Shown here piece after piece: positions 1 to 7,516 of a DNA stretch of 24,448 nt. The stretch comes from a virus (Duplodnaviria > Caudoviricetes). Below the pieces are notes generated by a model, which was not told the origin of the DNA, did no database searches, and saw nothing but the letters and a program-made list of their open reading frames with translations. The position numbers and the translations under genes are program-made. The number at the start of each line of letters is the position of its first letter. The stretch's first letter is position 1. The stretch lies in IMG/VR virus record IMGVR_UViG_3300038797_000107, positions 1 through 24,448 of that record; one strand, given 5' to 3'.

Positions 1-13
1 AGGTATGCAAGTC

Positions 14-43
14 TTTACTGTATGAATAAACAGGTGTTAGGCT
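14..43 (+). promoter_or_regulatory. Putative sigma70 promoter, antisense to the late operon
   Basis: TTTACT (14-19), 18-nt spacer, TAGGCT (38-43), with TG at 35-36 giving an extended -10. The LexA box lies in the spacer. Confidence 0.45.
18..33. promoter_or_regulatory. LexA (SOS) box
   Basis: TA-CTGTATGAATAAACAG-GT matches the gammaproteobacterial consensus CTG-N10-CAG with an AT-rich spacer (TACTGTATATATATACAGTA). Confidence 0.8.
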
Positions 44-49
44 CGCCGC

Positions 50-152
50 GCTTTGTGCACAAGGCAGAGGCTGCGGCTGGACTTGCAGGAAAGGTCTGCG
101 GGTTCGGCGGGCCGGGCTGGATGTTGGCGCATCTACCCGGCTCGCCTCTTTT
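50..152 (+). ncRNA. Putative ~100-nt cis-antisense sRNA (SymR-like 3' hairpin)
   Basis: Promoter-like element upstream and a long hairpin at 106-146 with loop region GATG-TTGGCG-CATC, followed by TCTTTT. The 5' end is estimated from the -10 position. Confidence 0.35.
106..152 (+). terminator. Long stem-loop with U-tract on the + strand
   Basis: GGCGGGCCGGG-C-TGGATG / TTGGCG / CATCTA-CCCGGCTCGCC (two G-U pairs, one bulge), then TCTTTT. Confidence 0.6.
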
Positions 153-706
153 CATTTGGTGACTTCGCGGACGTAGGCCTGGCAGGCCTGCAGTGCGATC
201 AGTCCTCGGTCACCGTCGTCGGTGATGCCGATAATTCGTTGAGCATGCGCTGGGTCAAGTCCGGCGCGAACGGCTCCATGAACCACGCCTCCGGTGCCGG
301 CGGCTTCTCGCACCCCACCGTCACCACCCGGGGCGGCAAAGGTTCCGGCGTCGATAAGGACTGACAGCCGCAAGTCAGCAGTAGCCAGCCTGTCACGCAG
401 GCGAGCTTGAATCTGTTGTGCATCGCTCATCTCCTTCCAATGTGTTTTGCCCTGCTCCTGCAGGCGATCCTCCAGGTCTTTGCGCTGACTTTTCTGTTCA
501 GCCAAATGCTCCAGGGCTGCAGCTGCAGCTTCCTCACGCTCACGACCGTAAGCCCGGTCCTTATCCGCCAGCTGCTGGACATAATCTGCAGCCTGGTCAG
601 CCAACCGCTTTCCGTACTCGCTGGCCTGCCACACCCAGGCTCCACGCCCGCCGGCATAGAGCCCGACCGCAACGGCCAAAAGTGCGATACGCCAATTCAG
701 CGGCAT
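152..706 (-). CDS. Rz: Rz-like i-spanin
   Basis: N-terminal hydrophobic anchor, long coiled-coil, C-terminal ALQACQAYV motif. Directly follows the endolysin with a 1-nt overlap. Confidence 0.9.
   Translation of the reverse strand: MPLNWRIALLAVAVGLYAGGRGAWVWQASEYGKRLADQAADYVQQLADKDRAYGREREEAAAAALEHLAEQKSQRKDLEDRLQEQGKTHWKEMSDAQQIQARLRDRLATADLRLSVLIDAGTFAAPGGDGGVREAAGTGGVVHGAVRAGLDPAHAQRIIGITDDGDRGLIALQACQAYVREVTK
199..423 (-). CDS. Rz1: Rz1-like o-spanin lipoprotein, embedded in Rz in an alternative frame
   Basis: Signal peptide with lipobox (LLLTCG/C), Pro-rich mature part (PEPLPP, CEKPPAPEAW), fully nested in Rz as in lambda. Confidence 0.8.
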   Translation of the reverse strand: MHNRFKLACVTGWLLLTCGCQSLSTPEPLPPRVVTVGCEKPPAPEAWFMEPFAPDLTQRMLNELSASPTTVTED

Positions 707-1275
707 TACTGCAGCACCTCCAGCGCACGCTTGTAGAACGCCTGGCGATCCTTCAACCCATTCAGGCCACCATTGATACGGCGGGTGATCAGCTCGAACA
801 CCGAGTCATCGGCCTGCAGCACCTTGTCAGCTAGGCTATTGAGCCCCGCCCGCTGCCAGTACCAGCCGGCCGACAGCGATGCGTAGACAGGCTGCTCGAG
901 CAGGTCGGGGGTGTTGAGCAAGCGACTGTCACCGAACAGCGCTTCGCTGCAGGCTTCGTAGTTGTCGCGGCCGGTGATCTGGATAAGCCCTCGGCCACGG
1001 TACCGCTGACCATCACCGTCAGCCTCCGGGGTATTGCCGAGACGCTGCGCCAGACGCCCGGTATCGTACTTGGCCAAGTAGGCATCGTTACCGAGCTCCC
1101 GCACATATAAAAGCTGGCCAGACTCATGGCCGACTTGAGCAAGGAACGCAGCCATACGCCGAGGGGTGATGATCGAGTACTTGCCCATTGTTGCGTTGAG
1201 GCCGGGAACAAAAACGCCGGCTTTTCGGCCGGCGTTGGGGAGGATCTGTTGCAGCTGTTGTACAGAGATAGCCAT
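706..1275 (-). CDS. Glycoside hydrolase family 19 endolysin
   Basis: Motifs AAFLAQVGHESG, YRGRGLIQITGRDNY and ITRRINGGLNGLKDR. GGAG RBS upstream. Confidence 0.95.
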   Translation of the reverse strand: MAISVQQLQQILPNAGRKAGVFVPGLNATMGKYSIITPRRMAAFLAQVGHESGQLLYVRELGNDAYLAKYDTGRLAQRLGNTPEADGDGQRYRGRGLIQITGRDNYEACSEALFGDSRLLNTPDLLEQPVYASLSAGWYWQRAGLNSLADKVLQADDSVFELITRRINGGLNGLKDRQAFYKRALEVLQ

Positions 1276-1310
1276 TTAAGTCTCCAGTGATGGTCTGTTT
1301 GTCTGTGCGG

Positions 1311-2354
1311 TTAAAGCTGCACGACTTCGAGAGGTGATGAGGTTTTCTTGTTCTTGCCAACGGCCTTTGCCTTGCCCTTCTTGCCGCCGTTGCATTCAAC
1401 GGTGGTTGACCAGCCGGACTGGGTGAGCACCTGCTCCAGGGAATCCACCAGGTACTCGCCATCAAAGCCATCCTTGAAGCCCCGGGCGTTGATCTGGCGT
1501 TCTGCGAACAGGTCGACACGGCCCGGCATTTCCAGGCGAACCCCAGCCGTCGAGCGGTTGAACGCCGCCAGGCGCGCCTTGGCGGCCTGCTCGGCAGCTG
1601 TCTTATTCGGGTGTATGTGGCGGTCGGTATGGACCGGGGGCATGCCGTCCGGGGCGTCGTCGTTTTTCAGTTCGATAACGTCCAGGGTGCCGGTCTTTGC
1701 GTTGTGGTGGGTAGCCTTGACGCTCTTGTGGGTCGAGCGGTCCCCGAGGCGGAACGAGTAACGGCTAACGTCCGAGCGGCGAATGGTGATCGCCGGCAGC
1801 GTTTTGCCGCTGGCCGTGACACCCGCCTGCCGCTGGAGGACCAGCAGCGTGCCGTTGGCCACCTTGGCGGTACAGTCATGCAACCGGGCAATACGGGTAA
1901 TAAAGTTGTAGTCCGACTCGCCCAGCTGGTCCGCTCGCGGCACAACGGTCTGCACATCGCAGGCCGGTACCCAGCCATTGCGGCGGGCCACCGTGGCGAC
2001 AATCTCGGCCAAGGTCTTGCCCTCGAAACTACCGTTGCGGGTGGTCTTGCCACTGCCGCGCATGTCGCTGGCCTTGCCTCGGATGACCAGCGTATCCGGC
2101 GGCCCGCTAAGCTCAACCTCATCGACCGTATAGCTGTTGATACGGGTCAGCTGCGCGCCGTCATAGCCTAAAAACACCTCGATCTTGGCGCCCCGCGACG
2201 GCAGCGACACGGCCTGGTCGCGGTCATCGATGCGCAGCTCGAACTCGTCCGACTCCATGCCGGGCTTGTCGAGCGTGCGCAGCATCAGCAGACGGTCATT
2301 GATAAGGCGCGTGATATCGGTACCGTCAGCGACGATACGAAATTGTGGTTTCAT
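1311..2354 (-). CDS. gpD: Phage late control D / baseplate hub protein (P2 gpD family)
   Basis: Motifs DITRLINDRLL, ESDEFELRIDD, VDEVELSGPPD and QLGESDYNFITR. Follows gpX. Confidence 0.9.
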   Translation of the reverse strand: MKPQFRIVADGTDITRLINDRLLMLRTLDKPGMESDEFELRIDDRDQAVSLPSRGAKIEVFLGYDGAQLTRINSYTVDEVELSGPPDTLVIRGKASDMRGSGKTTRNGSFEGKTLAEIVATVARRNGWVPACDVQTVVPRADQLGESDYNFITRIARLHDCTAKVANGTLLVLQRQAGVTASGKTLPAITIRRSDVSRYSFRLGDRSTHKSVKATHHNAKTGTLDVIELKNDDAPDGMPPVHTDRHIHPNKTAAEQAAKARLAAFNRSTAGVRLEMPGRVDLFAERQINARGFKDGFDGEYLVDSLEQVLTQSGWSTTVECNGGKKGKAKAVGKNKKTSSPLEVVQL

Positions 2355-2378
2355 GGAAAGCTCCGGTTAGGCGGGATG

Positions 2379-2585
2379 CTAATCCCACAGCTGGACGGTC
2401 AGCTGGTCAGTTCTAGCCAGTTCGGGAAGGGTGATCAGCACCCCGGCGCGGTAGGGCTGCGGCTCGACGGCAAGGCCCGGATTGGCACCCAGCACTGCCT
2501 CCACCGTGCCGCTCAGGTGCCCGTAATAGTGGAAACAGATAGCGTCGAGCACATCGCCGTCAGACGTTCGACAAATCATCGCCAT
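2379..2585 (-). CDS. gpX: Tail protein X (P2 gpX, LysM-like)
   Basis: GDVLDAICFHYYG...VEAVLGANPGLA...LWD. Confidence 0.92.
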   Translation of the reverse strand: MAMICRTSDGDVLDAICFHYYGHLSGTVEAVLGANPGLAVEPQPYRAGVLITLPELARTDQLTVQLWD

Positions 2586-3438
2586 AGCGCGTGAACTCCA
2601 AGGTGAATGCCTGCTTGCGCGGGATTCCGCCCTGCAGCAGCGTGGGTTGTTCTTCCTCGATATCGGTCAGGCACCAATTGCCCAGCACCTGGCCATAGCC
2701 GGTGGTCAGTCCCAGCGGCTGCAGCTGGCCACCGATGCTGCGCAAGGTGTCGAGCTGGCCGAGGCCACCCCGGAATGAGGGGAAAATTGCGCCCTTGAGT
2801 GTCAGGCGCTCATCACCAATGCCTACCGCCTGCTGCGCAGAGCGCCGGGTAAGGCGCTCCTGAGCCGCCCAGCGGAACGAGGTTTTGCGCCGCAGCTCGT
2901 CAAAGGCCGCCGTGTCCAGGTTAAAGTAGAACGGCTCCGCCTTGACGCTCAGAGGCTGCAGGATCAGCAAGTGCGGAAACGCCTTGATAGCATCCTTGGG
3001 CGGGTCTTCCTTGGGGCGGATCGAAGCGCTGGAGAACATTTCCGACAGCGAGAAATTGGACACCATGCCGCTGATGCCGCCGGCCTGGTTGTACTTGTCC
3101 GCGATGTTAGAAATGGCCTTCTTTGCCCGGTCTGCCTGCTCGCCAAACTCGGCCACCCGTTCCTGCACTTGCGTGACCGCGTTGCTGGCCTGGTTGTAAA
3201 CGGCCAACACCTTGCCGACCTTGGCCTGGGCCTGGGCAATGCCGCCCATGACCCGGTTCAGCTGGCCACCGATCAGCTCCCCCACCACCGGCAGGGTTTC
3301 CAGCTCGGAAACCGCCCCTTTCATTTGAGTAACAGCCCCATTCATGGGGCCAAGCATGCCGTCCACCGTGCGACGGCCAGCCTCTCCTGCAGCAGCAAGC
3401 GACTTTAGGCTGCCCTGCAGCAGCTCCATGTACGCCAT
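2560..3438 (-). CDS. gpU: P2 gpU-family tail protein with long N-terminal helical extension
   Basis: The C-terminal half has a gpU-type pattern (RWAAQERL, AQQAVGIG, TLKGAIFP, GNWCL, FTLEFTRY). Lies between the tape measure gene and gpX. Confidence 0.85.
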   Translation of the reverse strand: MAYMELLQGSLKSLAAAGEAGRRTVDGMLGPMNGAVTQMKGAVSELETLPVVGELIGGQLNRVMGGIAQAQAKVGKVLAVYNQASNAVTQVQERVAEFGEQADRAKKAISNIADKYNQAGGISGMVSNFSLSEMFSSASIRPKEDPPKDAIKAFPHLLILQPLSVKAEPFYFNLDTAAFDELRRKTSFRWAAQERLTRRSAQQAVGIGDERLTLKGAIFPSFRGGLGQLDTLRSIGGQLQPLGLTTGYGQVLGNWCLTDIEEEQPTLLQGGIPRKQAFTLEFTRYGDDLSNV

Positions 3439-3450
3439 CGTTTATCCTCC

Positions 3451-6246
3451 CTACAGGTGCGGCGCGTCGTACAGCTGACGCGCGTTAAGGTCGCGGGTCG
3501 CGTCCTCGATCATTTGCATGAAATAAGGCCGCAGCTCATAGGCCAGCGCTTGGCGGTCCGACACATCGCCTTTCACCGTCACCGGCATGCTCAGCTCAAA
3601 CCGCTGGTCGAGCTTGAGGGATGCCGGCTCAGCCTTGACCGGCGCCGGCTTATCCGCTGCACGCTGGTAGTCACCCAGCATCTGGCCCGCCTGAGCCAGG
3701 CCAGGCCCGACTGCGCCGGCCGGCTGCAGGTTGCCCAGCAAGGCCGCCGAATCTCCGGCCGGTGGCCGCGTGAGCGGCGCGCCAGGGAAACGCACCTTGC
3801 CAGCGGTCAGCGCCGGCACCAAAAACGGATCCTTGGAATCGGGATCTTTCGGGTCGTAGGAAACCGCCGGCTCGGCAGGCGCCGGCACGACCCGCAGCGG
3901 CTCAGGATCGTTACGCGTAACGACCGGATCGGTCGGCAGCTGCATGAGCGGTGCACCAGGGAACCGTACCTGGTCGGCAGTCAGCGCCGGCACCCGGAAC
4001 GGGTCCTTGGCATTGGGGTCCTTCGGATCGTAGGAAACCACCGGCTCGGCAGGCACCGGTACCACCCGCAGCGACTCAGGGTCGTTACGCGTAACAGGTG
4101 ACTCAGAGAGAGCAGGCGCAGCCTGTGCCGCCGCACCTTCGCGACCTGCCGCAGGTGCTCTATGCTCCCCCTGCGCTACCGCTGGGTCAGGCTGCGGCTC
4201 GCTGGCAAACAGACTGCCGACCTTGGCGCCCAGTTCTTCACCGCCAAGGCTCCCAAGGATGCCGCCCACCAGCCCACCAATGGCCGTGCCAACCACCGGA
4301 ATAATCGAACCCAGGGCAGCGCCCGTGGCTGCGCCGGCGATACCTCCGGCCAAACCGCCCACCGCACTGCCGACACCCTCGGCCTTTTGCTCCGGCGCCT
4401 GATCGCTGGCCACAGCGCTCCCAATCTGCAGTGCTGCCAGCGCAGTACCCAGCACCGGCACCCCCTTGCCAAGGCTGGCCAAGCGCCCGACGCGCCCCAC
4501 CAAGCCACCGACACGACCTAGCCGGCTGCGCCGTGGGTTGCGCCGTGCGGTGTCGCCCGCGCCGCTGCCTACCGAACTGCCGCCGCCATCACCAGCCCCA
4601 GCCTGGGGGTTGGTGACGAATACACGCTGCACCCCAGCAGCGCCTGCAGCCCCTCTGGCGACGTTGTACAAGCCCCGGGCCACCCGGATAGCTGCCACCG
4701 CCTTGGTGATGGCAAAGCCACCTGCAGCCAGCGCTGTAGCCCCAAGAGCCAAGGAAGGCACTTTTTCAGCAATCCAGCCGATGCCATTGGCCGTCGTCCG
4801 TAGTACGTCGGCGGCGCCGTCCGTCAGCGGCCGCAGACCGTCACCGATAGCACGGAACGCGTCGTCAATCGCGTTGGCGGTTTCTTTCCACTTCTGCGAG
4901 GACGTTTCGCGGCGCTCGGCCAGGTTCTGGTCGAGAATGCCCGCCGCGTCTGCAGACTGGGTTTTCAGGTCCTCATACAGCGCCTTGTTTTGCATGTAAG
5001 CCATGAGCGCGGATTTGACCTGCATGTCCGCGAACAGGTCGCCGGTACGCATGGACTCTTCCAGCGCCTGCATCATGCGCTTGGCTTTCTCGGGGTCCGT
5101 CTCCTGATTGATCTTGGCCGCCGCCTCGGCCATGGCGGCGGCCTTTTTGGGGTCGGTCTTTTGGATGTACTGCTGGGCAAGCGCAAAGCTTGATTCCAGC
5201 GTCGACATGCCATTCTGCAGCCCGGTGTTGAGCGACTTCTGGTAATCGATACCGGCGTCCTTGTACGCCTTGACCGTCTCGCTTGAGCCGATCTTTTCCA
5301 TCCAGTTCTTGAGGTTGTTGGCCGCCTCGTCGGCGCTGCCGGCGGATTTGATCTGCACCTGCAGCATCGAACCCAGTTGGGTGACGGCGTCCATGCCGTA
5401 GATACCCTGCTTCGCCATACCGGCCAGCAGCTCAGGGAACCACTTGGCCATGTCGCTGGCCTCGAAACTACCGGCCTGCCCCTGGTAGGCAATGGCCTCC
5501 AGTGCCCGCTGCATCTCCTGAGGATCGGTGATCTTGGCGTTCTGCCCCAGGGCATTGATCATTCGGGCAGTGTCGGTACCGTCCGCGCCCTGCCCCACCA
5601 CAAACTTGGCGGCCACGCTGGAATAGCGCGCGGCCTCCTGCAGGTCCATACCGGCACCCACCAGCTGGTTGAGGACCTCCGCCACCCCGTTGCGCGCCAG
5701 GCCGGTATCCTTAGCCGTGCTGATGATGCCCCGGTTAAGCTCGACCTCCTCGGCCTTGTTGGCCACCCCTGCCTTGATCGCGATATCCCGCACTATCGCC
5801 TGATAATCGGCACTGACCTTGGTGGGCACCGCCAAGGCCGCGGTGCCGACCGTAGCCTGCACAACGGTGGACCGCAGGCCGGCTTTACCCGCCTCGATCT
5901 GCTGCAACCCCTTGGCCTGCCGGGCAGCGGTTTGAGCCGTGCGCCCCAGCGTGCGGTAGTGATCCTCCAGCCGGCCAACCTCAATGCCTTGTTTACGCAA
6001 TGCATCAAGGTTGCGGTCCAGCTGGTTGCGCAGACCGCGCGCACTCGCCTCTCCCACCTCGCTGGCTTTCTTCCACTCATCGCGCAGGCGCATGGTTTCG
6101 CCAATGACGCCCTGCAGCACCTTGGCCTCTTCGCCGCGCTTCTTGAGCTTGCCGAGCCGGCCCTCAACGTCTTTGAACGCGGCGCCGACCGTTGCACTGA
6201 CCACCCCGCCGATCACAAGGCCAATGGAAAACTTGTTGTTGGCCAT
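3451..6246 (-). CDS. Tail tape measure protein
   Basis: 931 aa, Ala/Gly-rich and helical, with a TP901-type core (GSFEASDMAKWFP, AANNLKNW), a VQRVFVTN motif and glycine-zipper segments. Follows the chaperone gene. Confidence 0.93.
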   Translation of the reverse strand: MANNKFSIGLVIGGVVSATVGAAFKDVEGRLGKLKKRGEEAKVLQGVIGETMRLRDEWKKASEVGEASARGLRNQLDRNLDALRKQGIEVGRLEDHYRTLGRTAQTAARQAKGLQQIEAGKAGLRSTVVQATVGTAALAVPTKVSADYQAIVRDIAIKAGVANKAEEVELNRGIISTAKDTGLARNGVAEVLNQLVGAGMDLQEAARYSSVAAKFVVGQGADGTDTARMINALGQNAKITDPQEMQRALEAIAYQGQAGSFEASDMAKWFPELLAGMAKQGIYGMDAVTQLGSMLQVQIKSAGSADEAANNLKNWMEKIGSSETVKAYKDAGIDYQKSLNTGLQNGMSTLESSFALAQQYIQKTDPKKAAAMAEAAAKINQETDPEKAKRMMQALEESMRTGDLFADMQVKSALMAYMQNKALYEDLKTQSADAAGILDQNLAERRETSSQKWKETANAIDDAFRAIGDGLRPLTDGAADVLRTTANGIGWIAEKVPSLALGATALAAGGFAITKAVAAIRVARGLYNVARGAAGAAGVQRVFVTNPQAGAGDGGGSSVGSGAGDTARRNPRRSRLGRVGGLVGRVGRLASLGKGVPVLGTALAALQIGSAVASDQAPEQKAEGVGSAVGGLAGGIAGAATGAALGSIIPVVGTAIGGLVGGILGSLGGEELGAKVGSLFASEPQPDPAVAQGEHRAPAAGREGAAAQAAPALSESPVTRNDPESLRVVPVPAEPVVSYDPKDPNAKDPFRVPALTADQVRFPGAPLMQLPTDPVVTRNDPEPLRVVPAPAEPAVSYDPKDPDSKDPFLVPALTAGKVRFPGAPLTRPPAGDSAALLGNLQPAGAVGPGLAQAGQMLGDYQRAADKPAPVKAEPASLKLDQRFELSMPVTVKGDVSDRQALAYELRPYFMQMIEDATRDLNARQLYDAPHL
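3772..4095 (-). repeat. Tandem 174-bp (58-aa) Pro-rich repeat, about 2 copies, in the tape measure C-terminus
   Basis: VTRNDPESLRVVPVPAEPVVSYDPKDPNAKDPFRVPALTADQVRFPGAPL versus VTRNDPEPLRVVPAPAEPAVSYDPKDPDSKDPFLVPALTAGKVRFPGAPL. DNA anchors at 4085 and 3911 are 174 bp apart. Confidence 0.95.
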
Positions 6247-6281
6247 GGTTTCTCACTCCCACGCAGGCACAGCCCGGCGGC

Positions 6282-6401
6282 TCACTCAGAGAGCCACCAG
6301 ACCATGCGCGCGAATGGCATTTGCTCCAGCTCGCTGGCCGAGAACCCCAGTTCTCGCGCCAGGCGCTTGGCAAGCGACTTTTGGAATCCGGGGGTGTTAA
6401 A
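6282..6401 (-). CDS. Frameshift extension of the tail assembly chaperone (P2 E'/lambda T equivalent); not in the ORF track
   Basis: Open +1 frame overlapping the chaperone stop: FNTPGFQKSLAKRLARELGFSASELEQMPFARMVWWLSE*. This fits the gpE'-type 'F...EL..M...W' pattern and fills the gap before the tape measure gene. Confidence 0.7.
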   Translation of the reverse strand, partial: FNTPGFQKSLAKRLARELGFSASELEQMPFARMVWWLSE

Positions 6402-6984
6402 CCCCGTCTTGGTGGACCAGGCGAAAGTAGGCCGCGCGCACACGGTTGTAATCGCGGATGGTCAGCGAATGCAGCTCGGCCGGGGTGGTATCGGTCAGGC
6501 GCTGGAACAGCAGCATTTCCAGCTTGCTGTTGTCGTCACCAGCCTCGGCCTCCACCTCGCGGCTCAGACGGATCGAGGGCGATTGCAGGGTCAGGCGGTC
6601 GACCTTCACGCCTTCGCGCTCGATAGGCTCCACCAGGCGCACCACCGCATGCTCCAGGGTCAGCTTGAGCCAGGCAGGATTCTCGCCGCTGTCATCGCCC
6701 AGCAGTTCCTTGTAGGCCCGCTGCAGGCGGCGGTAGTCGCGCACCTGCAGGGCCGTCAATTGATCCTCGGTCAGCTCGCACAGCGACCCCAGCATGAGCA
6801 ATTCGCGTTGCTCATCGTTGTCCCCCGCCTGATGCCCCACCATGAGGTCTTCGCGCACGGTCGGGCAGCGCATGGTCAGCGCCGGGCGCACCTCGCCGTA
6901 AACGTCCAGGGGCACGCTCAGGGATACCACGGCATGACCGCCCTCGATGTTGAGCCAGGTAGGGGTAGTGTTGGTAATGGACAT
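6397..6984 (-). CDS. Tail assembly chaperone (gpE/gp41 family), two tandem domains
   Basis: Two similar halves: PTWL..HAVV.L..P..LTMRCPTVR..RDYRRLQRAY and PAWL..HAVV.L..P..LTLQSPSIR..RDYNRVRAAY. Lies between tube and tape measure. AAGGAG RBS. Confidence 0.88.
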   Translation of the reverse strand: MSITNTTPTWLNIEGGHAVVSLSVPLDVYGEVRPALTMRCPTVREDLMVGHQAGDNDEQRELLMLGSLCELTEDQLTALQVRDYRRLQRAYKELLGDDSGENPAWLKLTLEHAVVRLVEPIEREGVKVDRLTLQSPSIRLSREVEAEAGDDNSKLEMLLFQRLTDTTPAELHSLTIRDYNRVRAAYFRLVHQDGV

Positions 6985-6995
6985 GCTCAGGCTCC

Positions 6996-7505
6996 TTAAA
7001 TGGCGAGGTCAGCGCGAACGCTAGCCAGTTGGTCGACACCGTCGATAACGCGGATGCAGTTCACAGGGTCGATTTCGTAGATGACGCGGCCGCCGACTTC
7101 CAGCTTGTAGTAGCTCACCGCGATGCTGTGCTTCATTTCGGCCTTATCGCCAACCTTCCAATCCCCCGGGTCGACTTCCTTGAGCGCACCGCGCAAGGTG
7201 GCGACCACCGCCTTGGTGGCCCCTCCACGCCCTTTGAAACTGCCACGGAACACACAGTTGAAGCCGGACAGGTCAAAGTCACCGAAGTACTTGAGGGTTT
7301 CTCGGCGCATGCCGTTGGAGGTAAAGCTGGCCTCCAGCTTCTCCAGGCCCATGTCCATCTCAATCGGCGCGTCCATGCCGCCGCCGCGATATTCGTCGGT
7401 CTTCATCGTGAGCTTGGGCAAGGTCAGCGATGGCACATCGCCCTGCAGGCTGACACCGCCCACCGAGGCACTCATGTTGAACAGAACTTCTGGAATAACA
7501 GCCAT
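6996..7505 (-). CDS. FII: Major tail tube protein (P2 FII family)
   Basis: LTLPKLT..EYRGGGMDAP..DMGLEKLEA, YYKLEV, EIDPVN..IDGVDQL. Confidence 0.95.
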   Translation of the reverse strand: MAVIPEVLFNMSASVGGVSLQGDVPSLTLPKLTMKTDEYRGGGMDAPIEMDMGLEKLEASFTSNGMRRETLKYFGDFDLSGFNCVFRGSFKGRGGATKAVVATLRGALKEVDPGDWKVGDKAEMKHSIAVSYYKLEVGGRVIYEIDPVNCIRVIDGVDQLASVRADLAI

Positions 7506-7516
7506 TGCGCGCCTCC

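Noticed and set aside
15-62. 15-codon minus-strand leader peptide (TTG..LCTKRGEPNTCLFIQ*) overlapping the LexA box
   Set aside because: TTG start with no Shine-Dalgarno sequence; it cannot be supported from sequence alone.
3772-4095. CRISPR-like array suggested by repeated palindromes
   Set aside because: Only two copies at 174-bp period, in frame within a coding repeat, with similar rather than unique intervening sequence and no cas genes.
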